A DNA stretch of 64,000 nt. It comes from Somniosus microcephalus. Lineage: Eukaryota. Shown in pieces: positions 27,501 through 39,244 of the stretch. A program made the position numbers and the translations under genes. Each line of letters starts with the position of its first letter. Within the stretch, counting starts at the first letter, position 1. The stretch lies in the NCBI GenBank assembly GCA_052327205.1, contig CM126228.1, positions 31,248,001-31,312,000 on the forward strand, in the 5' to 3' direction. A model generated the notes under the pieces. That model was not told the origin of the DNA. It saw only the letters and a program-made list of their open reading frames with translations, and searched no databases.

Positions 27501-30500
27501 TTCTCTCCAAGATGTCTTATTGTTAAATGCACACAGATAAGCTCCTTTTTCGAACAGTGTCGGGAAAATTGAAGACTTCACCAGTGTTCGTTAAACCAAA
27601 CGAATAGATTGTGCACTACTTAGATGGCAATAGGGCAGAAGGGACCAAATGGAAATCCTTCTCAACAGTGTGCACTCGAATTGCTTTTTGCAGTTAGTTT
27701 GCATAATGCATTGAGGCTGCTGTAATTATATTTTACAGGGCGCCACTTCTTATCGAGACTAACAAAATAGAGCATTTCCGCATAATCACGAGTTTAAAGA
27801 CGGATACAGATATGATTGTCTGTTTCATAGACTCGCTGATTGAACTATTATTAACTACATTTCAAATGTAAATGTGGCACAATAGCCCATCAACAACTCG
27901 CGTCCCATACGAAGGCTCAAGGGAATAATGCAGGACCGTTGATTGGGTTTACCTATACCTGCAATACGCGATCGCCAGCCCTGATTCCGTCAGAGCAGAG
28001 AACCCGCGCAGCAAAAACATTCACAGGTTGTCTCACCAGCACAGTGTCCAAGACGATCCATCTATAGAATAATGCAATAGCCCTTTCCATCTCCATTAAG
28101 GCTGGGGTCGGTCTGATGAAAAGGTTGCAATGGTGGGGTAAAGCTATTATTCCTCGCCTTTTGTGTAGTTCTAGATTTCTTCCTTTATTATTGCATAATT
28201 AAAATAATTTTTTTTAACAGCAAACATATAAAAATGCTAATGCATTTGGGGTACTGGATAGAGAATCGTTGTGAGGCCAGGCAAGTAATGTGCACTGATC
28301 CATGCCAAAATACTCTTACCCTTCTGTAATTAATATATTCATCACAAGGATAGAATTTTAATGTATATCTATTGATTTCGTAGCAAAATATTTCATTCAT
28401 ATATTTAACTGTAACAGTAAAACGCATAGACTATGAATTAAATATTAATAAAGAAATAAGACAATCTCCTAAGGTTAAAACAATATAACCAGTGTCATTG
28501 CTGATTTAGATCTGGAATGGGAGCATAAATCAAACTGATGTCATGACTTCATTGAGTAAAGACAGGACTAAGCACCACATACCATTTTATGGTTTTATAT
28601 TAATGACAGGACTTAAGTACAGTTAAATTATATTCCATTCAGATTTCCGGTTAATACAAAGTGTAACTACTGTGGATGTGATTACTTCTAAAACTCTGCC
28701 CTGGTGATAATTATAGTGGCCTAAAGTCTGTTAGACTTTTAAGAGCGAAAGGCAGAATGAATTGCTACAATGCGGACTGTGGCGTAAACAATTGGTAAAC
28801 AATTGAATACTCCTTCCGCGATTACAATTAATTGTGTTGCCCATTCCAGTTTTGAATCGGTATGGAACTGATTCTGTCCAACCTTGTTGCGAAAAGTCAA
28901 GGGGCAAAACATCAGAGGATAACAAATTTACTCCCACGTCACTTAAATGTTCCTCTCAGATAAGTTACATGATCACGGCCCATTTTCTATATTTATATAT
29001 ATGTATAATATGGAGCTGCCTCAGTCAGTGATTGCTGAGACAAAATGCATTTTCTGTGAGTCACATTCATTGCTGCAGGGCTGATAGATGAACTACAGAA
29101 GTAAGGCACGTTAACAGCACCGTGCGACCTCATCTTACTTCCAGAACCCGGCTAAAAGTGAAATAAGATCAGCTGTGTCCATTGATCCTCAGTTCACTTC
29201 GATTGGAGTCACTTGATCGAAGTGGGTAGTGTTCTGAACCCCACCCCTAAGCAAAATAAGGAAGACGCAGGAAACTTCTTGATACAATGAGTAATAGTCA
29301 ATGCACTCTAAACAATAATAATCAGTAAGTGTTGCATTTTACTGATGGATGTTTTCTCTCTCTCGCCAACTTGTCCGATAGGTCAGCTGTTATCAGAAGC
29401 CAATGCACCTCTTGCATTCTCGGTACTCACTGTGACACGTCCGTTGGCTGATAACACTGTGTACAGCCATCTAGGTACAGCAATTCACACACAGATCTGA
29501 TGTTTGTCTTTCGATGTTTTTAATGACAAAAAATGTTTGAAAGGCTCCAGGAGGTCCATCAGTTCACTGGGAAAACGTATCTATCAGCATAAGTACACAA
29601 AGCTCAGAGAGGGCGCCAAGGCATATATAATATTGACGCATGACTCAGTGTAGACAGGGTGCAAAGTCGTACCAAGGTGAACAAAGGGGCAGGTATAGAT
29701 CTGACACAGACAAATAGGTCAAGAAATGTTGATAGATACAATGATAACATTCGCTATTAATATTTTTGATAATAATTAGGAGATAAAGAGAAGGAACAAC
29801 AAACCTAATCAGCACTTTATCCACCTTAAGAAAGGTAGGAACGGTTTTAATGAGGTTCTGGCCCTATTTGCTGGCTGGCTTTGTGTTTACATTTGCACAA
29901 TATGAATCAAGGCACTGTATTTGGTCGATAACATAGACTGTTAAAAACAAACAAGGTCAGTGGGGGTATGTGAGGGCAAGGGCATGGTTATCTGTTAGTT
30001 AAAGCAGCACAGAAACATAGCATGAAGGATATAGACATCTTCTTTAGGTAAAATCATTCTGCAGGGTTTATAGTTTAATTGTCTTTTGAATACAATTGAG
30101 TTTATATATATATATATACGTACGTACATACAAATGCGTAACTGTAAATCACACATCCTATGAATAGGCCAGTTGAACCAAAGGTGTAGTTGGATAGTTT
30201 ACCTTTCATGTTATGTATAGTGTTACTGCTGATGACACCTGTGAACAATAGCACAGCAATGTTGGCGATCACTGGCAATACAGGTGTCGTTGACAGAATA
30301 TTATTTATGACAATGGAAAGCGCAAAAGGCAAACGTTATGTATTTGTTATATGATGCTTAAAGGAAATGTGAGATTCAACCAGTAAAGTGGTTATGTGCC
30401 ATCACCATTTGTTCACCCATGTCTGCTTGTAATAGTTACATCTGCTCCACAAGCATCAGCTACGGAGAACATGATTTTCTAATAAGAGCTGATGGGCAGC

Positions 30501-31554
30501 TTCCAAAACTTAACTTAGTCTTGAAAGGCCCCCTGCCAAGAGACCAGAAACTGCCATTGCAGATTAATTTAAGTGGTTAAAAGTATCCCAAGCACTGAGT
30601 TACTTATCTACTGATTGCCAAAGGAAGACATTAAAACCTCCCTCAAAGGCAAAGTTCACTTAAGGTTTAGGAAGACATAGCTCCAAAAAAATGTATCATA
30701 AGGCCAGGTTTGTCAGTAAACAAGACCACCAAATGAGCCCCAGGAAATGTGGAGAAGTTTAACATAAGCAGAGAGACAGAGACAGAAACTGAGCTGGAAT
30801 CTGCTAGGTTTTCTATAAATGTCATAAACCTTTGGTTCTGACTGTGGCAGACAGCTTTCAAACTGACTTTCAAAGGAATGCCTGCTTTGCTGATATTATT
30901 TATGAGTGGATTCTATTGTACACATTTCTCAGCATACTTATTAAACATTCTGTTTGAAATAAATAAACAAAAATTTAGCCTATTGAGTATATTGCAATTA
31001 ATGCTACATAGGTCCGATAGTTTATTTAACATACTAATCAGGGATAAAAATGAATAGTATTTTCCTCACACACTGCAGTCAGATAAACCTGTTGCCCTGA
31101 TATACTAACGTTATTTAAATAGTTAAGTCAGTGCAGGTGATGTGCTGTAGCTGCAGCAATAGCAAACCATTGCATATAGCTAATGACATTGTTTTTATTA
31201 TCAAAGTTATCTCAGATAGAGTTCAAAAGTTCATACTTTACTTTGTTTTGATGTTTTAATGCAAAATAAATCACAGCTACCTTCAAAGGAGATGTAGTAC
31301 TTAATAATGGTTTCTCTGACTCTTGGTGCTTGTAAGTTCTCAAGCATCTTCAGTGCGGGAGGGGTGCGAGGGAGGAGGAGTCGGGTTTATAAGCAGCAAA
31401 ACCTGGCACATTCTATGAAAGGCTACTCTTGCTGTCATTCATACAAAAATCTTCATGTGTAACGCATCCCCAACTCCAAGATATTGGGCTGTTCATTGGA
31501 CTCAGAAGTGAGGTAAACATTAATGCATGCTTGGATTATTGACCATACAGTACT

Positions 31555-32860
31555 TACCAACATACAAGCAATAACGGACAGATAAAGACCCTTTGGTCCA
31601 TTCAGCCTGCCCCACACAATTGTGATACATTATGTATCACAATATACACTCTCCACCCCATTCAAAACCATGTGATAAAAACACAAGAACATAAGCAATA
31701 GGAGCAGGAATAGGCCACTTGGCCCCTCGAGCCTGCTCTGCTGATCTTGGGCTCAAAGCCACTTCCCTGCCTGCTCCCCATAACCCTTCACTCCCTTATC
31801 TTGCAAAAATCTGTCTATCTCCACCTTAAATGTATTTAATGACCCAGCCTCCATGGCTCTCTAGGGCAGAGAATTCCACAGATTTACAACCCTCTGAGAG
31901 AGAAATTCTTCCTCATCTCAGTTCTAAAAGGGCGACCCTTTATTCTGAAACTATGCCCCCGAGTTCTAGATTTCCCCACGAGGGGAAACATCCTCTCTGC
32001 ATCTACCTTGTCATGCCCCCTCAGTATCTTATATGTTTCAATAAGATCACCTCATTCTTCTAAATTCCAGTGAGTATCGGCCCAACCTGCTCAACCTTTC
32101 TTCATAAGACAACCCCCTCATCTCTGGAATCAACCGAGTGAATCATCTCTGAACTGCCTCCAATGCAAGTATATCCTTCCTTAGATAAGGAGACCAAAAC
32201 TGTACGCAGTACTCCAGGTGTGGTCTCACCAATACCCTGTACAGTTGTAGCAGGACTTCCCTGCTTTTATACTCCAACCCCTTGCAATAAAGGCCAACAT
32301 TCCATTTGCCTTTTTGATTACTTGCTGTACCTGCATGCTAACTTTTTGTGTTTCATGCACAAGGACCCCCAGGTCCCTCTGAACTGTAGCATTTTGATCT
32401 CCTGGGAGAGGCGAAAAACCAGGTTAAAAAAAACCCAGGCCAATTTAGGGGGAAAAAAACCTGAGAAATTCCTCTTCGACCCACCTAGGTGATCAAAACT
32501 AGTTCAGGAGATCACTCTGGCCCTGAGTTCCCTGCAGTACTTACCTTCTGTAAGCCCAACCAGAAACAGGTCCAACTCTCGCTGGAAGGAACTCAGCGAA
32601 TCAGCATTCACCACACAAGACGGCCACCTGATCCAGAGGTCCTCTATTCTCTGAGAAAAGAGCTACCTACTGACATCTAACCTAGATCTGACCTTACACA
32701 CCTTAAAATTATGATCACAGGTCCCCCCCTAACCTATTTAATTGGAACAAACTGTCAACTGGAAACACAATCTATTCCCTTCATCATCTTATAAACCTCA
32801 ATCAGATCACCCCAAGTCTACGCTTCTCTAAAGTGTAGAGTCCCAACTCTTTTAGCCTAT
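31555..32860 (-). mobile_element. CR1-clade LINE 3' fragment (family B), interrupted by a second CR1
   Basis: Reverse-complement match to the plus-strand copy at 41435-42082; ccatgtgat|ctcctgggagaggc is split by the inner insertion. Confidence 0.8.
31677..32394 (-). mobile_element. CR1 LINE 3' fragment (family A) nested in family B
   Basis: aagaacataag tail and ataggagcagg...ggcccctcgagcctgctc 3' UTR, as at 12200; apparent TGAT duplication at 31673-31676 and 32395-32398. Confidence 0.85.
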
Positions 32861-33949
32861 CTTGCACAGAATGGCACAGGGGCATTCTGACAGCTTAAGT
32901 GGTGGAAATTCCAATAAGTCAATTTTCGAGCCCAACATGAGCACTGCACAAGGAGCGAATGCCCCAGCCAGGAGGCCATGGCCAGCCTGAAATTGGGCAT
33001 CAAACCTCACTAATATTACTTGGGTGAGCTGCCGGTGTATATCACATTTCCATAGGCACCTCACCCATTTTATTAAGTTTTATACCTTATTTTAGTAGTT
33101 TTCCAAAGGTTACTGATAAAACAGGACAACTGAAAATATTATTAAAATATATTTTAACTGATTTAATTAATTTCTGTTTTCCTTGCTACTTTTTTATTGT
33201 TGATTCCTAATTGGCAGCTTTTGTTCTTGTTTTTAAATGATACATTCCCTTTCTTTTCATCACCCTTGCCCCTGGAGGGCAACAATTTTCCCAGTCACAA
33301 AGGTCAGGAAAAAGGATTGCAGGACCTGTTTTGCCAGTTCTCTGTAACCTTTTACATTGCCTCACAATTTCCAGGGATTCTCGTGTTGGAGGAGTAGAGC
33401 AGAGCTGGGCATGGAGCTGCAGTAGATGCAAGTCCATCGCAGGTATGCTGATCAGATGAGAGGAAGCACTCCTGGCCTTTCACCTCATTTTCCTGGGAGA
33501 AAGTTCACTGGGCAGCCTAGAACAGGGACACCCAGTTGGTGCTATGGTCTTCCTCCAACTGGACAGTCAGTGAGGGACCTGGAAGCAAACCAAAGATCCT
33601 CCCCCAAAGAAATTTGCAGATGATTGGAACCTTCTCGCCAGAAGACCCTGATCTTGCAGGACTCCCTTCTCAATTCATATGTTTGTATATCTTAAAGGGA
33701 AGAAGAGCTTCTGCACTTAGTTATGAATAAGGTTTTAGATCAGTTAAATGTGGGCGAGCACCTCGGGGGTAGCCACCATAACATGATAGGGTTTAAGGGA
33801 TACATAGAAAGGGAAAAAGTTAGCACAAAATCAATTTATTCCATTCTGGGGCAGATTTTAGAAAGATGAGTTAACTGAGGTAAAGTGTAAAGAGAAATCG
33901 CTCAGGATTATAAGATGTATGGGGGGGGACAAATATAAATTTCTAGCAC

Positions 33950-34091
33950 TTAGAAACATAGGAACAGGAATATGCCATTCGGCCCCTCGAGCCTGCTCCT
34001 CCAGTCAATTAGATCATGGCTGATTTGTAACTCCACTTTATTTACCCGCCTTTGATCCATATCCCTTGATTCACATACCTAATAAAAATCT
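33950..34091 (-). mobile_element. CR1 3' end hosting the Penelope insertion (continues at 40217-40270)
   Basis: tagaaacataggaacagg...ggcccctcgagcctgctc...atcccttgat; the CR1 sequence resumes after the right TSD (gtcgatttcagtcttgaaaa). Confidence 0.8.
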
Positions 34092-34193
34092 AGTACAATA
34101 GCAAAATACTGCGGATGCTGGAAATCTGAAATAACAACAGAAAACGCTGGAAACACTCAGCAGGCCAGGCAGCATCCGTGGAGAGAGAAACAG

Positions 34194-34230
34194 AGTTAAC
34201 GTTTCAGGTCTGGGACCCTTCATCAGAACT
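34194..34230 (-). ncRNA. Minimal type I hammerhead ribozyme motif in the PLE pLTR
   Basis: Minus strand reads AGU-U-CUGAUGA-AGGGUC-CCA-GACCU-GAAA-CG-UUA/ACU: conserved core, helix II, and a palindromic AACGUU helix III as described for PLE hammerheads. Activity untested. Confidence 0.72.
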
Positions 34231-34689
34231 GGAAAAAGCTGGAGATGTAACAGATATCGGCCCAGTAATTGGGGTCGGTGGCTTGCCGCGCGTGCAAGCC
34301 CCTGATATGCACTTACCCGACGCGCTGACATTTCACCTCCAGGGACGCCTGGAATTCGTGTTTGAAAAAGAAGAATCCCGGGCAGCGTCTGACGTCACGC
34401 CGCCCAGGAGTGCAGCCAGCGCGAAGCCTGGAGCGCGCTGTGCAAGTGAGACACGCCCCTTGAGGTCTCAGTTTAATAGGACACGCCTCCAATGTTTCTC
34501 ACAAGCTGCTAAGCATTTTTACATGCAAAGCAGCATTTTAAATAGGTTTTTGGTATTTTTATGAAGCTTTTGGTAACTTTTATAAACTTTTAAAAACGTT
34601 TACATTATTTTGAAGAATCTGAAGTAGTTTTAAACAGAATTAAAGCTATTTAAAGACTTTTAAAAGCCCTAAAATAATTTTTTTTCTTC

Positions 34690-35050
34690 CATTTATTTAT
34701 TTACCAATGTCATCGTCATATGTGTCTTCACACTGTTCCCTTTGGGGAACTGTATGAAGTGGTGGAAGGATTTATGGCCATGATTAACACTCATTCCGTG
34801 ACTGTAACCATCTTTGAACCAGCCATTAGGATGGTTAGTCCTATGGCGGGAGGGTTTTACGGGCTCCCACAAGCTATACAAGGAGGGGGGGCCACCCACA
34901 CCCACGGACGCAAATATCCCACTGGATGTCAACCCAGAATTTAGAGCCGGAGCTCCGACTCCACTTGCCGGGACTGTCTGGAGCGGGGTTCGAAACCCTA
35001 CCCTGTCTGGCCCAGCGGCGGGGATCCTACCGCTGCGCCAAAGGCCCAAT
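34690..35050 (-). mobile_element. tRNA-derived SINE-like unit, copy 1
   Basis: The minus-strand head has A-box TGGCGCAGCGG and B-box-like GGTTTCGAACCCC, a 3' hairpin gttccccaaagggaac and a (TAAA)n tail. Confidence 0.7.
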
Positions 35051-35067
35051 CCGATTAGCAACGTGAA

Positions 35068-35280
35068 ATGGCTGGAATGAGCACAATTCACGGCATTAAA
35101 AGAACTCACAATTGAACTGATGATGACCTCAGCAATCTCCTCAACGAGGTGGAGGCGCAGCGCCTGCTCATCATTGGTAATGAGAAGTCAAAGGCGCCGC
35201 AAAAAGGACAGATGATAGCTTGGTCTTTCAAGTGGCAGCATAAGGCTCCAGTCACGGGGAGGGAAAAGGCGCAGGAAACG
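35068..35280 (+). pseudogene. Relic of a Harbinger Myb/SANT-like DNA-binding domain
   Basis: MAGMSTIHGIKRTHN*TDDDLSNLLNEVEAQRLLIIGNEKSKAPQKGQMIAW fits the R..[NF][FW][ST]..[DE]L..L...V..R...I.G......AW pattern; TGA stands at the expected W. Confidence 0.6.
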
Positions 35281-35303
35281 TATGGGTGTCACCTTTTGCG
35301 CGG

Positions 35304-35648
35304 AGTGGGCCTTTTGCGTAGCGGTAAGCATCCCCGCCGCTGGGCCAGAAGGAGTAGGGTTTCGAACCCCGCTCCAGACAGTCCCGGCAAGTGGAGTCGG
35401 AGCTCCAACTATAAATTCTGGGTGGACATCCAGCGGGATACTTGCGTCCGCGGGTGTGGGTGGCCCCCCCCCCCTCAGATGGGTTGTGGGAGCCCGTAAA
35501 ACCCTCACGCCATAGGACTAACCACCCTAATGGCTGGTATGAAGATGGTTATGGTCACGGAAGGAGTGTTAACGTGGCCAGAAATCCTTCCACCACTTCA
35601 TACAGTTCCCAAAAGGGAACAGTGTGAGGATACGTACGACGATGACCT
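35304..35648 (+). mobile_element. tRNA-derived SINE-like unit, copy 2 (inverted partner of copy 1)
   Basis: gggccttttgcgtagcggtaagc...gggtttcgaacccc head; colinear reverse complement of 34708-35050. Confidence 0.7.
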
Positions 35649-35744
35649 GTTGCGCAATGCACCTCCTTGGACCCTCAGTCGCAGATGCGAGGGGGCAAAT
35701 CGTGCAATTGTTAAATTTTTCATTTTATTGACATGTAAAATGTT

Positions 35745-36964
35745 GGCCCAGTAATTCCCTTCCAAACGCGCGAGTACGGTCGGGGTACTTACGCATCTGT
35801 CCGGAGGAAATGCCGGTTTTCAGCATGCACAGCGCATGCGGGGAAAACCGGCATTTCCTGTCCTCTGAACGAAGGGGTTCAGAGGCAGAATGCGTGCGAC
35901 TGTACAGGCAGCGCGTGCGCAGTAAAATTTGCCGCTTTCATTCATGCTTTCAGTGAGGTCAAGTCAATACAACTTACACATGAAAAAAGCATGAGTACAG
36001 TTGCTCCAGAGGCTGCGATTGTTTGGGAAAGGGATTAAAGTTATTTTAAGAAATGCTGAGGTAAGTTTTAAAGTTTATTTTTGTTTTTTAAAACGGGTTT
36101 TCAGTACTGTAGGTAGAAGGATCAATTGTGGCTATGTGAATTGAATTTGCTGTGTTTATTAAATGTGAAAATGACTCCAACATTTTTAAGAAAGAAACTT
36201 TTCATCAGTAATATATTCTTTTAAGTATTATGTATGTATGTCTGTATATATTCCTTTGCATGTATGAATATATTCCTTTACTTATGTGTATGAATGTATG
36301 TATTTAATTATGACTTTCAGAGAAAGTAACTTATTGGAAAATCATAATTAAAAACATACATTCATACACATAAGTAAAGGAATATAAAACATACATACAT
36401 ATACGTAAAGGAATATATGCGGACATACATACATACATAATTACTTATTACTGATGAAAAGTTTCTTTCTTAAAAGTGTTGGAAATGTTACATTACTCAT
36501 TTTAGAACACTCATTCTCACATTCAATTCACACAGCCACAATTGCTCCTTCTACCTACCGTACTGAAAACCCGTTTAAAAAAAAAAATTTAAACTTTAAA
36601 ACTAACCTCAGCATTTCTTAAAATAACTTTGCTCCCTTTCCCAAACAAAAATATTGCCTTTCAGAAGCTCCACGATAAAATATATCTTCCTCCGCAGCCT
36701 TGGACCAACTTTACACATGCTTTTTTCAAGTGTAACTTGTAAGGACTTACCCTCACTGAATCCATGAATGAAATCGACGAAGTTCACTGCGCACGCGCTG
36801 CCTGTGCAGTCGCACGCGCTGTGCCTCTGAACCCCTTCGTTCAGAGGACTGGAAATGCCGGCGTTCTCCGCATGCACGGTGTTTCCTGAACGCCGGCATT
36901 TCATCCGGCCAGATGCGTGAGTACCCAGACCGTACTCACGCATTTGGACCCGAATTACTGGGCC
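35745..36964. repeat. About 1.2-kb foldback made of two inverted Harbinger-type ends
   Basis: Both arms start GGCCCAGTAATTC and stay complementary, with divergence, to a short loop near 36318-36337; the (TATG)n/(CATA)n tracts are mirrored. Confidence 0.88.
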
Positions 36965-37646
36965 ATTAAGCAGGTGCAGAGACACGGGGGTGGGGTTAGG
37001 AGGGGAGGAAGGAATTGAAGGAACATACTGTGCTTAGTTAAGAGGCAGGAAAGATAAAATGTTGCAAATGGGAATGGCAAAATCATACAGCATGAAAAAT
37101 AGGGGCAGGGGTTATAGTTTGAAATTGTTGAACTCAATGTTGAGTCCAGAGGCTGTAAAGTGCCTAATCGAAAGATGAGGTGCTGTTCCTCGAGCTTACG
37201 TTGAGCTTCATTGAGTCAATGTAAGAGCCGAGGAGAGAGAGATCAGAGTGGGAGTGAAGCGGAGAATTAAAGTGACAGGCGACCGGAAGCTCAGGGTCAC
37301 CCTTACGGACTGAACGGAGGTGTTCCGCAAAGCGGTCACCTAATCTGCGTTTGGTCTCCCCAATGTAGAGGAGAATGCATCGTGAGCAGCGAATACAGTA
37401 TACTAAATTGCAAGAAGTACAAGTAAATCACTGTTTCACCTGGAAGGGGTGTTTGGGGCCCTGGACAGTGGGAAGGGAGGAGGTGAAAGGGCAGGTGTTG
37501 CATCGCCTGCGCTTGCACGGGAAGGTGACGGGCGAAGGGGAAGGGCTGTTAGGGGTGATTGAGGAGTGGACCAGGGTGTCACGGCGGGAGCAGTCCCTTC
37601 AGAATGCTGAAAGGGGAGGTGAGGGGAAGATGCATTTGGTGGTGGG

Positions 37647-39190
37647 ATCCATAAACAGGGCTGCCCTGGTAGACCCATCATTTCAGCCTATTCTTGCCCC
37701 ACGGAACTTATCTCTTCCTATCTCAACTCTATTTTTTCTATATTTGCCCTGTCTATTCCCACCTACATTCACGACTCTTCCGACGCCCTCCGTCACTTTA
37801 ACAGTTTCCAGTTTCCTGGCCCCAACTGTCTCCTTTTCACTATGGACGTCCAATCCCTCTACACCTCCATCCCCCACCAGGACGGCCTGAGGGCGCTCCA
37901 CTTCTTCCTTGAACAGAGGCCCAACCAGTTCCCATCCACCACCACCCTCCTCCGCCTGGCTGAACTTGTTCTCACATTGAAGAACTTCACCTCTGACGCC
38001 ACTCACTTCCTCCAAATTAAAGGTGTTGCTATGGGAACCCGCATGGGCCCTAGCTATGCCTGCCTTTTCATGGGATAGGTGGAACATTCTTTGTTCCAGT
38101 CCTACTCAGGTCCCCTCCCTCACCTCTTTTTCCGGTATATCGATGGCTGTATCGATGCCGTTTCCTGCTCTCGCCCTGAACTAGATAAGTTCATTCACTT
38201 TACTTCCAATTTCCACCCTTCCCTCACCTTCACATGGTCCATCTCCGACTCTTCCCTTCCCTTCCTTGACTTCTCCGTCTCCATTTCTGGCGATCGGCTT
38301 TCAACAAACATCCACTACAAGCCCACTGACTCCCACAGCTACCTTGACTACACTTCCTCCCACCCCGCTTCCTGTAAGGACTCTATTCCATTCTCCCAGT
38401 TTCTCCATCTCCGCCGCGTCTGTTCTGATGATGCCACCTTCCATACCAGTGCTTCCGACATGTCTTCCTTTTTCCTCAACCGAGGATTCCCCTCTCCTGT
38501 GGTTGATACGGCCCGTGACCGTGGCCATTCCATTTCCCGCACTTTTGCTCTCACCCCTTCTCCTCCCTCCCAGAACCACGATAGTGGTCCTCATCTTTCA
38601 CCCCACCAGCCTCCACGTTCAACGGATCATCCTCCACCATTTCCGTCACCTCCAATGTGATCCCACCACCAAACGCATCTTCCCCTCACCTCCCCTTTCA
38701 GCATTCCAAGGGACCGCTCCCTCCGCAACACTCTGGTCCACTCCTCAATCAGCCCTTCCCCTTCGCCCGGCACCTTCCCATGCAAGCGCAGGAGCTGCAA
38801 CACCTGCCCTTTTACCTCCTCCCTTCCCACTGTCCAGGGCCCCAAACACCCCTTCCAGGTGAAACAGCAATTTACTTGTACTTCTTGTAATTTAGTATAC
38901 TGTACTCGCTGCTCACGATGCGGTCTCTTCTACATTGGGGAGATCAAACGCAGATTGGACGACCGCTTTGCGGAACACCTCCATTCAGTCCGTAAGGTTG
39001 ACCCTGAGCTTCCGGTTGCCTGTCACTTTAATTCTCTGCTTCACTCCCACTCTGATCTCTCTGTTCTCGGCCTATTACATTGATCCAATGAAGCTCAACG
39101 TAAGCTCGAGGAACAGCACCTCATCTTTCGATTAGGCACTTTACAGCCTTCTGGACTCAACATTGAGTTCAACAATTTCAAACTATAATC
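37647..39190 (+). pseudogene. PLE reverse transcriptase plus GIY-YIG endonuclease, 5'-truncated and disrupted
   Basis: IHKQGCPGRPII, MDVQSLYTSIP, GVAMGTRMGPSYA, RYIDG (YxDD mutated), NIHYKPTD and NLVYCTRCSRCGLFYIGE; stop at 38076-38078 plus frameshifts. Confidence 0.93.
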
Positions 39191-39244
39191 CCTGCCCCTA
39201 TTTTTCATGCTGTATGATTTTGCCATTACCATTTGCAACATAAT

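Larger units (their letters stand above)
34259..36964. mobile_element. Composite non-autonomous Harbinger-type element inserted in the left PLE arm
   Basis: TIR GGCCCAGTAATT at both ends; 3-bp TSD ATC/ATT; the empty site gatATTaagc is seen in the other PLE arm (40085-40095, reverse complement). Confidence 0.85.

Noticed and set aside
1-31500. Short 60-110 aa ORFs in the track
   Set aside because: No recognisable domains or exon chains; consistent with chance ORFs in non-coding DNA.
35304-35378. tRNA gene
   Set aside because: A/B boxes are present, but there is no convincing cloverleaf and the homology continues about 270 bp into a SINE-like body.
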